From: Sandaracinaceae bacterium | GTDB lineage: Bacteria; Myxococcota_A; Polyangia; Polyangiales; Sandaracinaceae | Direction: 5' to 3' | DNA: 64,000 bases | Assembly (NCBI GenBank): GCA_044220955.1 | Contig: JBGAQA010000014.1 | Span: forward strand, 1 to 64,000 | Shown here: positions 1 to 11,614 of the stretch, in pieces | Position numbering within the stretch: position 1 is the stretch's first letter | Layout: each line of letters begins with the position of its first letter | Notes under the pieces: model-generated | What the model saw: only the letters and a program-made list of their open reading frames with translations | The model's database searches: none | Told to the model about the DNA's origin: nothing | Program-made: the position numbers and the translations under genes

Positions 1-2997
1 CGCACGCCCTCCGCGGACCCCGTTCCGGCGGCGCTCACCGCGCTGGCGCGCGGGGCGCCGCGCGTGGCCGTGGCCCTGCTGTCCGCGCGCTGGCCGGATC
101 TGCGCGCGCGCGGCCCACGTCGCGCGCGCGCGCTGCTCGGACGCGCCCTCGCGGACGCGGGCGAGCTCGCCTCGGCCGCGGACGTGTTCAGCGCGCTCGA
201 GCGAGCTTGCCCTCTCTCGACCGCCGACTTCCTCGCGCTCGGCCGTGCGCTCGAGCGACTCGGGCGGACCGACGCGCTGGTCGCGCTCCGCGATCGCGCA
301 GGGCTGCCGGCGGCAGAGCGGGCCGAGCTCTCCGCGCTCGTCGCGGCAGCGCTCTTCACGCAGGGCAGGCTCGCGGAGGCGCGCTCGCTCGCGGAGGCGG
401 CGGCGGCGGAGCCCGACGCGACGCCGGCGACCGTCGTGCGGCTGTGGTGCGTGGCGAGCGACGCAGCGCTCCGGTCCGGCGACGTGGGCGCCGCGCTCGC
501 GCTCGCCGAGCGCGCCCTCGAGCGGGCGAGCCAGAGCGGGGAGGCGCGCCCGCTCGCGCAGTCACACGCGCGCGTCGCGGGCGTGCACGCGATGTCGGGC
601 CGATGGAGGGAGGCGCGCGCGGGCTACGTCGAGGCCCTCGCCGCCGCCGAGCGCGCGGGCGACCGCAGCGCACTCTCGCCCCACCTGATGAACCTCGCTG
701 CCGCGGAGCACGCGCTCTTCGAGGTCGATCTCGCGATCGGCCACTACGAGCGCGCGGTGGCGCTGGCGAGGGACCTCGGCCGGGGCCCCTCGGAGGCCGC
801 GGCGCTCACGAACCTCGGCATGCTGCTCGAGCTCGTCGGCGCCGGCGCCGAGGCAGAGCCCCTGCTCGAGCGCGCGGAGCGCGTGGCGGAGCAGGCCGGC
901 GCGATCGTGGCCGTCGCGCAGGCGCGCATGATCCAGGCGGAGGTCGCCCACGCGGGCCGCGATCGCGCTCGCGCGCGCGCGCTGGCGGAGGCGGCCCACG
1001 AGGCGTTCGTGGGTGCCGGCGCGGAGCGTCAGGCGCTCGAGTGTGCGCTGCTGCGCGCGGAGATGGCCGCGGAGGATGGCGAGCTCGCCGAGGCCGAGGT
1101 CTTCGTCGTCGGGCGATCGAGCGCCGCGCGTGACGCCGGGCTCGGCGCGCGAGTCGCGCTCCTCTCGGCGCGGCTCCGGGACGCGCGGGGCGACACGGCG
1201 GGCTCGGCGCGCGCGCTCGAGGTCGCGCTGGCCGACGCCGAGGGTGCCGGCGAGCGCGAGGCGGCGCTGCGGATCTTGCTGGCGCTCCGGGCTGCTCACG
1301 AGCGTCTCGGGACGGGCGCGGCGTCGTCGTTCGAGGCGCGCGCGCGAGCGCTGCGTGGATCCCTCGCGCTCCACGTGCCGCCGGGCCTGCGCGAGCGCTT
1401 CCTCGCGCGCCACTCGCTCCCGGACGTCGCTGCGTCGTCGGCCCGTGGGTCCCGCTTCGACCCGGCGGCGCGCGCCATCGCCTCGCTCTTGCGCCGCACG
1501 CTGCGCACGACCGACGAGACGCTCGTGCTCGAGGCGGCGGTCGACGAGGCGATCGCGCTGACCCACGCGGAGCGCGCGTTTCTCCTCGCGCGGCGACCCG
1601 GGCGACCCGTCGTCAGCGTCGCCCGTAACCTGGATCGCGAGACCATCAAGAACAGCCGGTTCCGCTTCAGTCGATCGGTCGCGGAGCGCGTGCTCTCGAC
1701 GGGCGAGCCGCTCGTCACCGCGAGCGCGTCCGACGATCCGGACCTCGCCTTCGCCCGCAGCATCCTCGACCTCGGCGTGCGCTCGATCCTCTGCGTGCCG
1801 ATCCGCGGCCGGAGCAACGAGGTGCTCCACGCCCTCTACCTCGACCATCGCTTCGAGCGAGCGCGCTTCTCCGACGCCGACCTCGAGGTCGTCGAGGCCC
1901 TCGCGGACGTGATCGGGCTCTGTCTGGAGAACGCACGTCTCCACGCCGCTGCGGCCGAGCGCGAGCGTCAGCTCGTCGTCGCGCAGGAGGAGCTGCGCGC
2001 CGACGCCCAGGCGCGTGCGCTCGAGGTCGAGCGGCTCTCGCGCTCGCTCGCGTCACGCGAGGAGGCGAGCGAGGCGGCCGAGGGAATCGTGGGGCGCAGC
2101 CGCGCGCTCCGCGCGGCCGTCGATCTGGCACGTCGCGTGGCGCCGAGCGCGATCTCGGTGCTGGTCGAGGGCGAGTCGGGCACCGGCAAGGAGCTCCTCG
2201 CGCGCCTCGTGCACCGCGAGAGCCCGCGCCGAGAGCGGCCGATGCTCTCCGTCAACTGCGGCGCCCTGCCGGAGCCGCTGCTCGAGAGCGAGCTCTTCGG
2301 GCACGTGCGCGGTGCGTTCACCGGGGCCGTACGGGACCAGCCCGGTCTGTTCCGTGCGGCCGATGGCGGGACGCTCTTCCTCGACGAGATCGGCGAGATG
2401 CCGCTCTCGATGCAGGCGCGCCTCTTGCGCGTGCTCTCCGACGGCGAGGTGCGGCCGGTCGGGGCGACGCGCGGCGTGAAGGTGGACGTGCGCATCGTCG
2501 CGGCGACCAACCGGGACCTCGCGGCGGAGGTGAAGCGCGGGACGTTCCGCGAGGATCTCTACTTCCGCATCGCGGGCGTCCGCGTCGGGCTACCCCCGCT
2601 CCGCGAGCGGCGCGAGGATCTCGCGGCCCTCACGGCGTCGATCCTCGGGCGGCTCGGTGAGGCGCGGCCGCTCGCGCCCGATGCGCTCCGCGCGCTCGCG
2701 GTGCATGCGCTCCCGGGCAACGTGCGCGAGCTCGAGCAGGCCCTGCGGCGCGCGGCCGTCGTCGCGGACGGCGACGCGCTGCACGCGGCCGATCTCGGCC
2801 TCGCGGGCGCCCCGCGCGCAGCCCGCTCGCGCGAGCCGACGCGCGCGGAGCTCGAGGCGGCCCTCGCCGAGCATCGAGGCAACCGGAGCCACGCGGCGAG
2901 GGCGCTCGGTGTCCACCGCACGACGATCCATCGGCTGCTCGCCAAGCACGGGCTCGAGAGCCCGGCGCGGCGTGGGCGGCCCCGACGCGTCGGGTAG
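1..2997 (+). CDS. Sigma54-dependent enhancer-binding protein (TPR-like helices, GAF, AAA+, Fis-type HTH); 5'-partial
   Basis: Frame is open from base 1. Walker [15 protein letters not shown] loop, Walker [18 protein letters not shown] and PGNVRELE, a GAF segment ([18 protein letters not shown]) and C-terminal [19 protein letters not shown]. Confidence 0.92.
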   Translation, partial: RTPSADPVPAALTALARGAPRVAVALLSARWPDLRARGPRRARALLGRALADAGELASAADVFSALERACPLSTADFLALGRALERLGRTDALVALRDRAGLPAAERAELSALVAAALFTQGRLAEARSLAEAAAAEPDATPATVVRLWCVASDAALRSGDVGAALALAERALERASQSGEARPLAQSHARVAGVHAMSGRWREARAGYVEALAAAERAGDRSALSPHLMNLAAAEHALFEVDLAIGHYERAVALARDLGRGPSEAAALTNLGMLLELVGAGAEAEPLLERAERVAEQAGAIVAVAQARMIQAEVAHAGRDRARARALAEAAHEAFVGAGAERQALECALLRAEMAAEDGELAEAEVFVVGRSSAARDAGLGARVALLSARLRDARGDTAGSARALEVALADAEGAGEREAALRILLALRAAHERLGTGAASSFEARARALRGSLALHVPPGLRERFLARHSLPDVAASSARGSRFDPAARAIASLLRRTLRTTDETLVLEAAVDEAIALTHAERAFLLARRPGRPVVSVARNLDRETIKNSRFRFSRSVAERVLSTGEPLVTASASDDPDLAFARSILDLGVRSILCVPIRGRSNEVLHALYLDHRFERARFSDADLEVVEALADVIGLCLENARLHAAAAERERQLVVAQEELRADAQARALEVERLSRSLASREEASEAAEGIVGRSRALRAAVDLARRVAPSAISVLVEGESGTGKELLARLVHRESPRRERPMLSVNCGALPEPLLESELFGHVRGAFTGAVRDQPGLFRAADGGTLFLDEIGEMPLSMQARLLRVLSDGEVRPVGATRGVKVDVRIVAATNRDLAAEVKRGTFREDLYFRIAGVRVGLPPLRERREDLAALTASILGRLGEARPLAPDALRALAVHALPGNVRELEQALRRAAVVADGDALHAADLGLAGAPRAARSREPTRAELEAALAEHRGNRSHAARALGVHRTTIHRLLAKHGLESPARRGRPRRVG

Positions 2998-3010
2998 CGA
3001 GCGCCGCCGT

Positions 3011-4567
3011 CTACTCGTGCCGGACGCCGTCGGCCGGCAGGAGACGCGCGGCCCACCAGCTCGGGATCAGCGTGGCGCAGAGGCAGATCCCGAGGGCGAT
3101 CGCGACGGTCCAGGCGAACACGCCGCCGTCCGTCTGGATGGGGAGGTGGTCGATCAGGTACACGTGCGGATCGAGCGGCAGGCGATAGCGCTCGAGCAGC
3201 ACGCACACGCCGCCGCCGAGCACGAGCCCGATCGCCGTGCCCAAGAGGCCGATCGCCAGCCCCTGCACGACGAAGAGCGAAAGGACGTGCGAGTCGCGCG
3301 CGCCCATGGCCTTCAGGATCGCGATCTCCCGCTTCTTCTCGAGCACGATCATGATGAGCGTGGCGATCACGTTGAACGCGGCGACGAAGATGATGGTCGC
3401 GATGACGAGGCTGAGCATGACCTTCTGGATCTCGAGGGCCGTGAACAGGTTGTGGTTCAGCTCCTCCCAGTCCATCGTGTGATAGGGGCCGCCGCCGAGG
3501 AGCCGCTCGAGCCGGCGTGAGATCATCGCCGCGTCGCCCGGGTCGTGGAGGCGGATCTCGACGCCGTCCACGCTGTCGCCGTTCTGGAAGAAGCCCTCGA
3601 CCTCGTAGAGGTCCGCGTAGACCAGGTGGGTGTCGTACTCCTCGAAGCCCGCCGAGAAGATCCCGATGACGCGGAACTCGCGGCTGACGGGCGTGGTGGG
3701 CCCGTGGTGGAAGAGGGACGTGTCGAGCCCCGCCATGGGCGAGATGACCCGGACCCTGTCGCCGACGTGGATCGAGAGGTTCTCCGCGAGCGTGACGCCG
3801 ACGACCAGCCCGGGCAGCGACTCGGTGGGCAGCGCGTCGGGCGCCGTCGTTCCATCGAGACCGGCCTCTTCGCCTCGCGTGACGTCGTCGAACTGCATCC
3901 GCGCGAGCGCCGCCTCCGCTTCCGCAGGCGTCGGGACGTCGACGATGGGCAGGGGCACGATGACGCCGGGCGGCGGGCCCTCGGGCTCGGTCGCGGGCGG
4001 CGGGGCCGGCGCGGGTGCATCGGGGGCGCGACCCTCGAAGCGCGCGCTCACCCCCTCGAGATACGCGTCGAGATCCTCACCGCCGTCTCCGTCGTCGCGT
4101 CGATCGCGGTCGGAGGCGTCCTCGGGCCGACGCGGCGGCCGCGCGCCCGGGATGCGGATGCCCTCGAGCGAGCCCTCGACGATCTGGTCCGGGAGATCGA
4201 GGACGGTGGGCATCCGCTCGGGATCGACGCCCTTCACGAGCACGCCGCCGATGCGGTCGCCGTTCGCGAGCATCATCTCCTTGATGAGGAAGGGCCCCGC
4301 CCCCGCGACCTCCGGCATGTCCTCGGTCCGCGCGATGACGTCCCGGTACTCCTCGAAGTCGCCGTAGCGCATCACGAGGACGTGCGCGTTCACGCCGAGG
4401 ACCTTGTCCCGGAACTCCTCCTGGAATCCCGACGTGATCGACATCACCGCCAGCAGCGCGGCCACGCCGAGCGCGACGCCCGAGACCGCGATGAAGGAGA
4501 TCACGGAGACGGTCTTCGTCTTCTTGCTGCGGAGGTAGCGCAGGCCGATCGAGAGCGCCCAGTTCAC
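3011..4567 (-). CDS. LolC/E (FtsX/MacB-family) lipoprotein-release ABC permease
   Basis: N-terminus IGLRYLRSKK..ISFIAVSGVALGVAAL..SITSGFQ and C-terminal VAAFNVIATLIMIVLEKKREIAILKAMGA. Start re-assigned to GTG at 4567. Confidence 0.88.
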   Translation of the reverse strand: MNWALSIGLRYLRSKKTKTVSVISFIAVSGVALGVAALLAVMSITSGFQEEFRDKVLGVNAHVLVMRYGDFEEYRDVIARTEDMPEVAGAGPFLIKEMMLANGDRIGGVLVKGVDPERMPTVLDLPDQIVEGSLEGIRIPGARPPRRPEDASDRDRRDDGDGGEDLDAYLEGVSARFEGRAPDAPAPAPPPATEPEGPPPGVIVPLPIVDVPTPAEAEAALARMQFDDVTRGEEAGLDGTTAPDALPTESLPGLVVGVTLAENLSIHVGDRVRVISPMAGLDTSLFHHGPTTPVSREFRVIGIFSAGFEEYDTHLVYADLYEVEGFFQNGDSVDGVEIRLHDPGDAAMISRRLERLLGGGPYHTMDWEELNHNLFTALEIQKVMLSLVIATIIFVAAFNVIATLIMIVLEKKREIAILKAMGARDSHVLSLFVVQGLAIGLLGTAIGLVLGGGVCVLLERYRLPLDPHVYLIDHLPIQTDGGVFAWTVAIALGICLCATLIPSWWAARLLPADGVRHE

Positions 4568-4666
4568 GGGAGGAGGGCTCGCGACGAGGGGCCGGGGCGC
4601 CGGCCATCGGCGCGCGGAAGGAAAGGACCGGTGGGGCGAGCCGAGCAATCCACGAGAGCGCTGCTT

Positions 4667-4870
4667 CTAGCCTTCTTCTTCTTCCTCTGCGAACCGGAAC
4701 AGCGCCGTCATGCCGATCGCGTGGGCGCAGCGTTCGCAGAGCGGCTTGTCCTCGTGGGCGACCGCCTCGCCGCGCACGGACACGATGACGCCGTGCCCCG
4801 CCGGGGCCTCTGCGATGATCTCACCGCAGGCGTCGCACTTCGTCTTCCGCTTCCGGAGCAGCCCGGCCAT
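4667..4870 (-). CDS. Small putative zinc-binding protein (67 aa)
   Basis: Two CxxC pairs (CDAC, CERC) and an acidic tail EEEEEG. It fills the gap between co-oriented genes, starting 17 bp after the cyclase stop. Confidence 0.65.
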   Translation of the reverse strand: MAGLLRKRKTKCDACGEIIAEAPAGHGVIVSVRGEAVAHEDKPLCERCAHAIGMTALFRFAEEEEEG

Positions 4871-4887
4871 TGGGCGATGTTAGCGCG

Positions 4888-6735
<1,848 letters not shown>

Positions 6736-6759
6736 GAGTACGTCGAGCTACCGAGCGCG

Positions 6760-6789
6760 ATGCTAATCCAGGGCTCGAAACCGAGTAAA
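6760..6789 (-). promoter_or_regulatory. Putative sigma70-type promoter for the cyclase gene
   Basis: Minus strand reads TTTACT-N18-TAGCAT, 24 bp upstream of the ATG, in an AT-enriched patch. Confidence 0.4.
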
Positions 6790-6838
6790 GCGCCGACTGC
6801 GTTCCCCCTGCGCGTCCCTTGAACGCGGGCGGCCCCGG

Positions 6839-7972
6839 GTGGATCCTCGAGCGGTGCTCCGCTCGTCGCGTCGTGCGCTGCTCCGCCGGATCGACGACGA
6901 GATCGGGCTGATCGCCGCGCTCCCGGAGCTGACGCCCGACGTGGCGCTCCGGGCGCTGCCCGCCATCGAAGAGGCAGGGGACGGCGCCCACGCGGCCGAG
7001 GCGATCCGCCCGCCGACCTTCGAGGGCGTGGCCAGCCGCCGCTTGCACGCCGTCGCCGTGCTCGAGTCGGTTCGCTTGCGGGCCGCGCTGCGCCTCGGCG
7101 GCGCCCAAGCCGCGCTGGAGGCGAGCGCGCTCGCCTCGATCCGCGCGTGGGCCGCCCTCGCGGAGCGACGGGAGTATCTCGCCGTGCTGGCGGGGCCGAT
7201 CCTCGGGGCGTCCGCGGCGTCGACGCCCGCGATCACCGCGCGCATCGGGCTCGACGCAGTCGTCGAGGCGCTCGAGGCGCGCGCGCGCGACACGGCTGCG
7301 GACGTGGGTCCACTGCTCCGCGCGCTGAGCGCGGCGGAGGCGCTCGGCGGGGAGCTCGCGCCGAGGGCCGCCCGCGCGAGGCTCGACGCGATCGATCGGG
7401 CGATCGAGCCGCTGCGCCGGAGGCTCGACGAGCTCGCCACCCGTCGTCCCGAGACCGCCGAGATCTCGGCCCTCTTCGCCGACGTGCGCGCGGCCTGGCG
7501 CCGGTGCGATCGCGACGTGGATCTCGAGATCCTCGCCGTCGAGCGCCTGGCCGACTTCGCCTGGGACCTCTATCGAGAGCGGCGTCTGTCCGAGCTCGGC
7601 CGGTGGATCGACGAGCTCGCCGAGCTCGGGAGCTCGCTCGCGTCCCGCATCGAGCGCGGCGAGGCGCTGGCCTGGGCGGCTCCTTGCGCGCAGCTGCTGG
7701 TGTTCCGCGCGGAGCTCGCGCCGCGCTTCGACGCGCAGATCACGCTCGCCGAGCGTGCGTACGCGGTGTGCCCGACCTTGCGCAACGCGCGCATCGTGCT
7801 CGGCGACTTCCTCCTGACGCGCGCGGAGCGCGCGATGGATCGGGGCGCGGACCGGACGAGCGCGGGCACGCGCCCGGACGACGACGTCGCACGGGCGGCG
7901 AGCCTTCACCCGGAGCTGAAGCGACTCGCCGCCGTCCGTGAGAAGCTCGCCCGCCGAGGCGCGCTGCGATGA
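6839..7972 (+). CDS. Hypothetical alpha-helical (TPR-like) protein, first gene of the Hsp70 operon
   Basis: 377-aa Ala/Leu/Arg/Glu-rich ORF with GC3-biased codons. Its stop overlaps the next start (ATGA). Confidence 0.7.
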   Translation: MDPRAVLRSSRRALLRRIDDEIGLIAALPELTPDVALRALPAIEEAGDGAHAAEAIRPPTFEGVASRRLHAVAVLESVRLRAALRLGGAQAALEASALASIRAWAALAERREYLAVLAGPILGASAASTPAITARIGLDAVVEALEARARDTAADVGPLLRALSAAEALGGELAPRAARARLDAIDRAIEPLRRRLDELATRRPETAEISALFADVRAAWRRCDRDVDLEILAVERLADFAWDLYRERRLSELGRWIDELAELGSSLASRIERGEALAWAAPCAQLLVFRAELAPRFDAQITLAERAYAVCPTLRNARIVLGDFLLTRAERAMDRGADRTSAGTRPDDDVARAASLHPELKRLAAVREKLARRGALR

Positions 7973-8376
7973 GCGACGAGAGCAACCCCTTCGTGCGCTA
8001 CGGGCTCGACCCCGCGATGACGCTCGCCGAGCTCACCGAGCGGATGCGCGAGCTCGCCGAGGAGGCGAGCGAGGAAGAGCGCGTCGCGCTCCGGGCCGCG
8101 TGGGACGCCCTCACGCGCAGTCCCGCGCGCCGGCTGGAGCTCGTGCTGATGGCGGGGCCCGCGCCACGCGCGATCGACCTCGGGCCGACGTCCGCGCCGC
8201 CCGCGGCGTGGCCGGAGCCCACGCTCGCCGACCTCCTCGCGCCCCCGCCTCTCGGGCCCGCGCTCGCGCCGGAGACCGACGCCGAGCGCAGGGCTCGGAA
8301 GATCGACCTCTCGTCCCTGGTTCGGGACGACGAGGCCGAGATCACGGGCGCGCTCCGCCCGAGGGGTGCGCGATGA
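7969..8376 (+). CDS. J-domain-like protein lacking the HPD motif
   Basis: NPFVRYGLDP..ELTERMRELA..LRAAWDALTRSPARR resembles the start and end helices of a J-domain. ATGA overlaps at both ends. Confidence 0.6.
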   Translation: MSDESNPFVRYGLDPAMTLAELTERMRELAEEASEEERVALRAAWDALTRSPARRLELVLMAGPAPRAIDLGPTSAPPAAWPEPTLADLLAPPPLGPALAPETDAERRARKIDLSSLVRDDEAEITGALRPRGAR

Positions 8377-10934
8377 CTCGAGACACGTCCAGAGCCCGCA
8401 CGATCGTGATCGTCGATCGCGCCGTCGGGATCGACCTCGGCACCACGAATTCCGAGATCGCGCTGCTCGACCCGTCGGAGCGCGAGCTGGTCGTGCACCA
8501 GGATCGCTTCGGGCGCCGCACGGTTCCCTCGGCGCTCGCGTGGGATGCCGCAGCGGGACAGTTGGTGGTGGGGCGGGCCGCGCGACAGCGCCGCGGGCAC
8601 GAGGATGCGCCGGTCGAGTCGATCAAGCGGCGGATGGGTCAGACCGAGCGCGTGCAGCTCGGGCCGCATTCCCTCTCGCCGGCGGAGGTGAGCGCGAAGC
8701 TCCTCGGGGAGCTGCGTGCGCGCATGCTCGCGGACCTCGTGGCGCGCACGCCCGAGGGGTTCGAGCCGCGCATCGAGCGTGCGGTGATCACGGTCCCGGC
8801 CTACTTCGATGCGCACCAGGTCGCGGCGACCCGCGAGGCCGGGACCCTCGCGGGCCTGCAGGTGCTGGCCGTCCTCCAGGAGCCCACGGCCGCGGCCATG
8901 TACCACGCGTGGCGCGGCGAGATCGGAGACGGCGTCTTCCTCGTCTACGACCTCGGCGGTGGCACGTTCGACGTGTCGATCGTGCGCACGGCGCTCGGCG
9001 AGCAGCAGGTTCTCGCCATCGACGGCGACAACTTCCTCGGCGGCGACGACCTCGACCGCCGCTTCGCCGAGCGGCTCCGCGCCATGCTCGTCGAGCGTGG
9101 CTACGCGCTCGTCCAGGGCGACGCCGCCCGGACGCAGCGGCTCGTGCATCTCGCTCAGGAGATCAAGGAGACCCTGTCGACCGAGGAGGTCGCCCACGTG
9201 TCCCGGGAGAACCTCTTCACGGACGACGCGGGCGAGGCCGTGTCGATCGATCTGGAGATCGGGCGCCGAGAGTGGGAGCAGTCCGTCGCCGACCTCGTGG
9301 AGCAGACCATCTCCTGCTGCGAGCGCGCGCTCGCCCGGGCCCAAGAGGTGGCGCAGGTGTCCGCGAGCGACGTGGATCGCGTGATCCTCGTCGGAGGATC
9401 CACGCGTACTCCGCTGGTCATCGCGCGCGTCCGCGAGGCGATCGCTTCCCGCACCAAGAGCCGGCAGCTCGCCCAGGCCGAGGTCGACACGTGCGTCGCG
9501 CTCGGCGCCGCGATCCACGCCGCGCAGCTCGGTGGCCTCCGTGTCTCGGACGCGCACGGCGCGGTCACGTTCCTCTCCCCGCTCGTCAGTCGCACCGGCG
9601 AGCTGCGTCTCGGACTGCGCGTCGAGTCGCCCGAGCAGACGCGGCGCGTGGTGATCGTCTCCGACGCGGCGGAGCTGGCGCGCGCGGACGTGACGATGTG
9701 CAAGCCGGCGCGCCTCACGGTCTCGATCGGCGATGCCCCCGAGACCGCGCTCGCGGTCTCCCTGCGCGACGCGGCCGACGTCGAGCTCGCCCGGCTCCCG
9801 TTCGCGGCCTTCCGTGGGGATCTGCGGCCACGCGCGAGCGCGCTCTCGCAGCCGACCGTCGTCGCGAAGGACGTGGCGCTCGAGGTCGTCCGCGGCGGGC
9901 GTCGCGAGAGGAAGGTGCTCGTCCCGCGGGGCGCGAGCCTGCCGCTCGAGGTCATCACGGAGCTCGCCACGGCCGATCGCAGCGGAGCGGTGGTGCTGCG
10001 CATCCTCTCGAACCGCCTCCCGATCGAGACGCTCGTGCTCGAGGTCGGGACCGAGCTACCGGTCGGCACGCCGGTCCGGCTCACGCTGCGCTGTGACGCG
10101 GCGATGCGCCTCGACGCGCACGCCGAGATCGCCGGTCGCACCCTCTGGGCGAAGATCGAGGCCGCCCCGACGCTGACGCCGAGCGCCGCCGAGGTCGAGG
10201 CGCTGATCGAGGAGGTGGAGCGAACGGAGCGACGCCTCTGGGGACGCGACGCCGACGCCTTCCGGCGCGCGACGGCGCCCCTGCTGCACGGGCTACGCGA
10301 GGCTGCGTTCGTCGAGCCCGCCAAGCGCAGCGCGATCGTCTCGCAGCTGCGCGTCGCGATCGACGAGATCGCCGGAGGGGAGGGCGAGCGCCTCTCGCCG
10401 CCGCTCGCGCGCTTCGAGGACACGCTCGATGCGCTGCGCAGAGTCGTGTTCGTCAGCGAGACGGGGCTCCTCGGCAAGCCCATCGAGCACTGGGAGGACC
10501 GAATCGCGGATCTCGACGCTCGCGGCCGCGCCGCGTGGGACGCGATCGACGACGCCGCCTGGAGACGCGCGACCAACGAGGCCCAGGCGCTCTACGAGAC
10601 GGCATCGACGCAGGCTGCGGGCGCGCGCCGCTCCGACGACCCGGCGTACCTCGCGCTCCGCGTGACGGCGACCCGAGCCTGGGGCGACCGTTTGCTGCGG
10701 GCGCTCGACGACTTCGTCGTGTCGCGCGCGCCGGAGATCCGGGCACTGCAGGAGCGCGAGCGCGACTCGCTCCGCGCGTCGGTCCGGGGCGCTCTCGTCC
10801 GCATGATCGCCGACGCAGAGGGGCGCGAGCCCGCGGACATCCGGCGCGCTCTGGATGCCGCGGCGGCCGACCTCGAGCGTGTCGAGCGCGCGATCGATCG
10901 GCTGCCGGCGATGGGGCTCGTGACCGAGCGCTGA
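8373..10934 (+). CDS. Atypical Hsp70/DnaK-family protein (853 aa)
   Basis: GIDLGTTNS, ITVPAYF, QEPTAAA, VYDLGGGTFDVS, FLGGDDLD and LVGGSTRTP are all present; the C-terminal half is non-canonical. Start ATG at 8373. Confidence 0.92.
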   Translation: MTRDTSRARTIVIVDRAVGIDLGTTNSEIALLDPSERELVVHQDRFGRRTVPSALAWDAAAGQLVVGRAARQRRGHEDAPVESIKRRMGQTERVQLGPHSLSPAEVSAKLLGELRARMLADLVARTPEGFEPRIERAVITVPAYFDAHQVAATREAGTLAGLQVLAVLQEPTAAAMYHAWRGEIGDGVFLVYDLGGGTFDVSIVRTALGEQQVLAIDGDNFLGGDDLDRRFAERLRAMLVERGYALVQGDAARTQRLVHLAQEIKETLSTEEVAHVSRENLFTDDAGEAVSIDLEIGRREWEQSVADLVEQTISCCERALARAQEVAQVSASDVDRVILVGGSTRTPLVIARVREAIASRTKSRQLAQAEVDTCVALGAAIHAAQLGGLRVSDAHGAVTFLSPLVSRTGELRLGLRVESPEQTRRVVIVSDAAELARADVTMCKPARLTVSIGDAPETALAVSLRDAADVELARLPFAAFRGDLRPRASALSQPTVVAKDVALEVVRGGRRERKVLVPRGASLPLEVITELATADRSGAVVLRILSNRLPIETLVLEVGTELPVGTPVRLTLRCDAAMRLDAHAEIAGRTLWAKIEAAPTLTPSAAEVEALIEEVERTERRLWGRDADAFRRATAPLLHGLREAAFVEPAKRSAIVSQLRVAIDEIAGGEGERLSPPLARFEDTLDALRRVVFVSETGLLGKPIEHWEDRIADLDARGRAAWDAIDDAAWRRATNEAQALYETASTQAAGARRSDDPAYLALRVTATRAWGDRLLRALDDFVVSRAPEIRALQERERDSLRASVRGALVRMIADAEGREPADIRRALDAAAADLERVERAIDRLPAMGLVTER

Positions 10935-10941
10935 CGCGGGC

Positions 10942-10970
10942 TTGCCAAATAGCACGAGCGTGCTATTCAT
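10942..10970 (+). promoter_or_regulatory. TetR-type operator palindrome overlapping a putative promoter
   Basis: Perfect inverted repeat AATAGCACG-AG-CGTGCTATT (10948-10967), directly after TTGCCA (10942-10947) and 8 bp before the TetR start codon. Confidence 0.8.
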
Positions 10971-10975
10971 CGGGC

Positions 10976-11581
10976 GTGGGCAAGGGCGACCTCACGCGCG
11001 GCGCGATCCTGGGGCACGCGCTCGCGCTCGCGAGCGAGACGGGCCTCGAGGGCGTCTCGATCGGTGCGCTCGCCGAGCGCGTCGGCATGAGCAAGAGCGG
11101 GCTCTTCGCGCACTTCCACAGCAAGGAGAGCCTGCAGGTCTCGATCCTCGAGACGGCGATCCAGCACTTCGTCGAGCGCGTCGTGTCGCCGGCGCTGCGT
11201 CAGCCTCGGGGCGAGCCCCGCGTCCGGGCGCTGCTCGATCGCTGGCTGGCTTGGTCGGGTGCCGACATCATGCCGGGGGGCTGCATCTTCGTCTCGTCGA
11301 TCGCCGAGCTCGACGATCGCCCAGGAATCGTGAGGGACCGGCTCGCGTCGAGCCAGCGCGACTGGCTCGACACGCTCGCGACGGCCATCCGCATCGCCGT
11401 CGAGGAAGGACACTTCCGCGGCGACCTCGTCCCCGAGCAGCTGGCGCACGAGCTCGTCACGCTCTCGTACGGGCACCACCTCGTCTCCCGCCTGCTCCGC
11501 GATCCCCGCGCGGAGAAGCGCACGCGCGCCGCCATCGAGCGCCTGCTGTCCGAGGCGCGTCCCGACGCCGACAGGCCCTGA
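10976..11581 (+). CDS. TetR/AcrR family transcriptional regulator
   Basis: HTH SIGALAERVGMSKSGLFAHFHSKESL and C-terminal GGCIF. Start GTG at 10976. Confidence 0.92.
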   Translation: MGKGDLTRGAILGHALALASETGLEGVSIGALAERVGMSKSGLFAHFHSKESLQVSILETAIQHFVERVVSPALRQPRGEPRVRALLDRWLAWSGADIMPGGCIFVSSIAELDDRPGIVRDRLASSQRDWLDTLATAIRIAVEEGHFRGDLVPEQLAHELVTLSYGHHLVSRLLRDPRAEKRTRAAIERLLSEARPDADRP

Positions 11582-11614
11582 GACGCCGGCGAGCCGGCGA
11601 GAAGGAGAGGAGCC

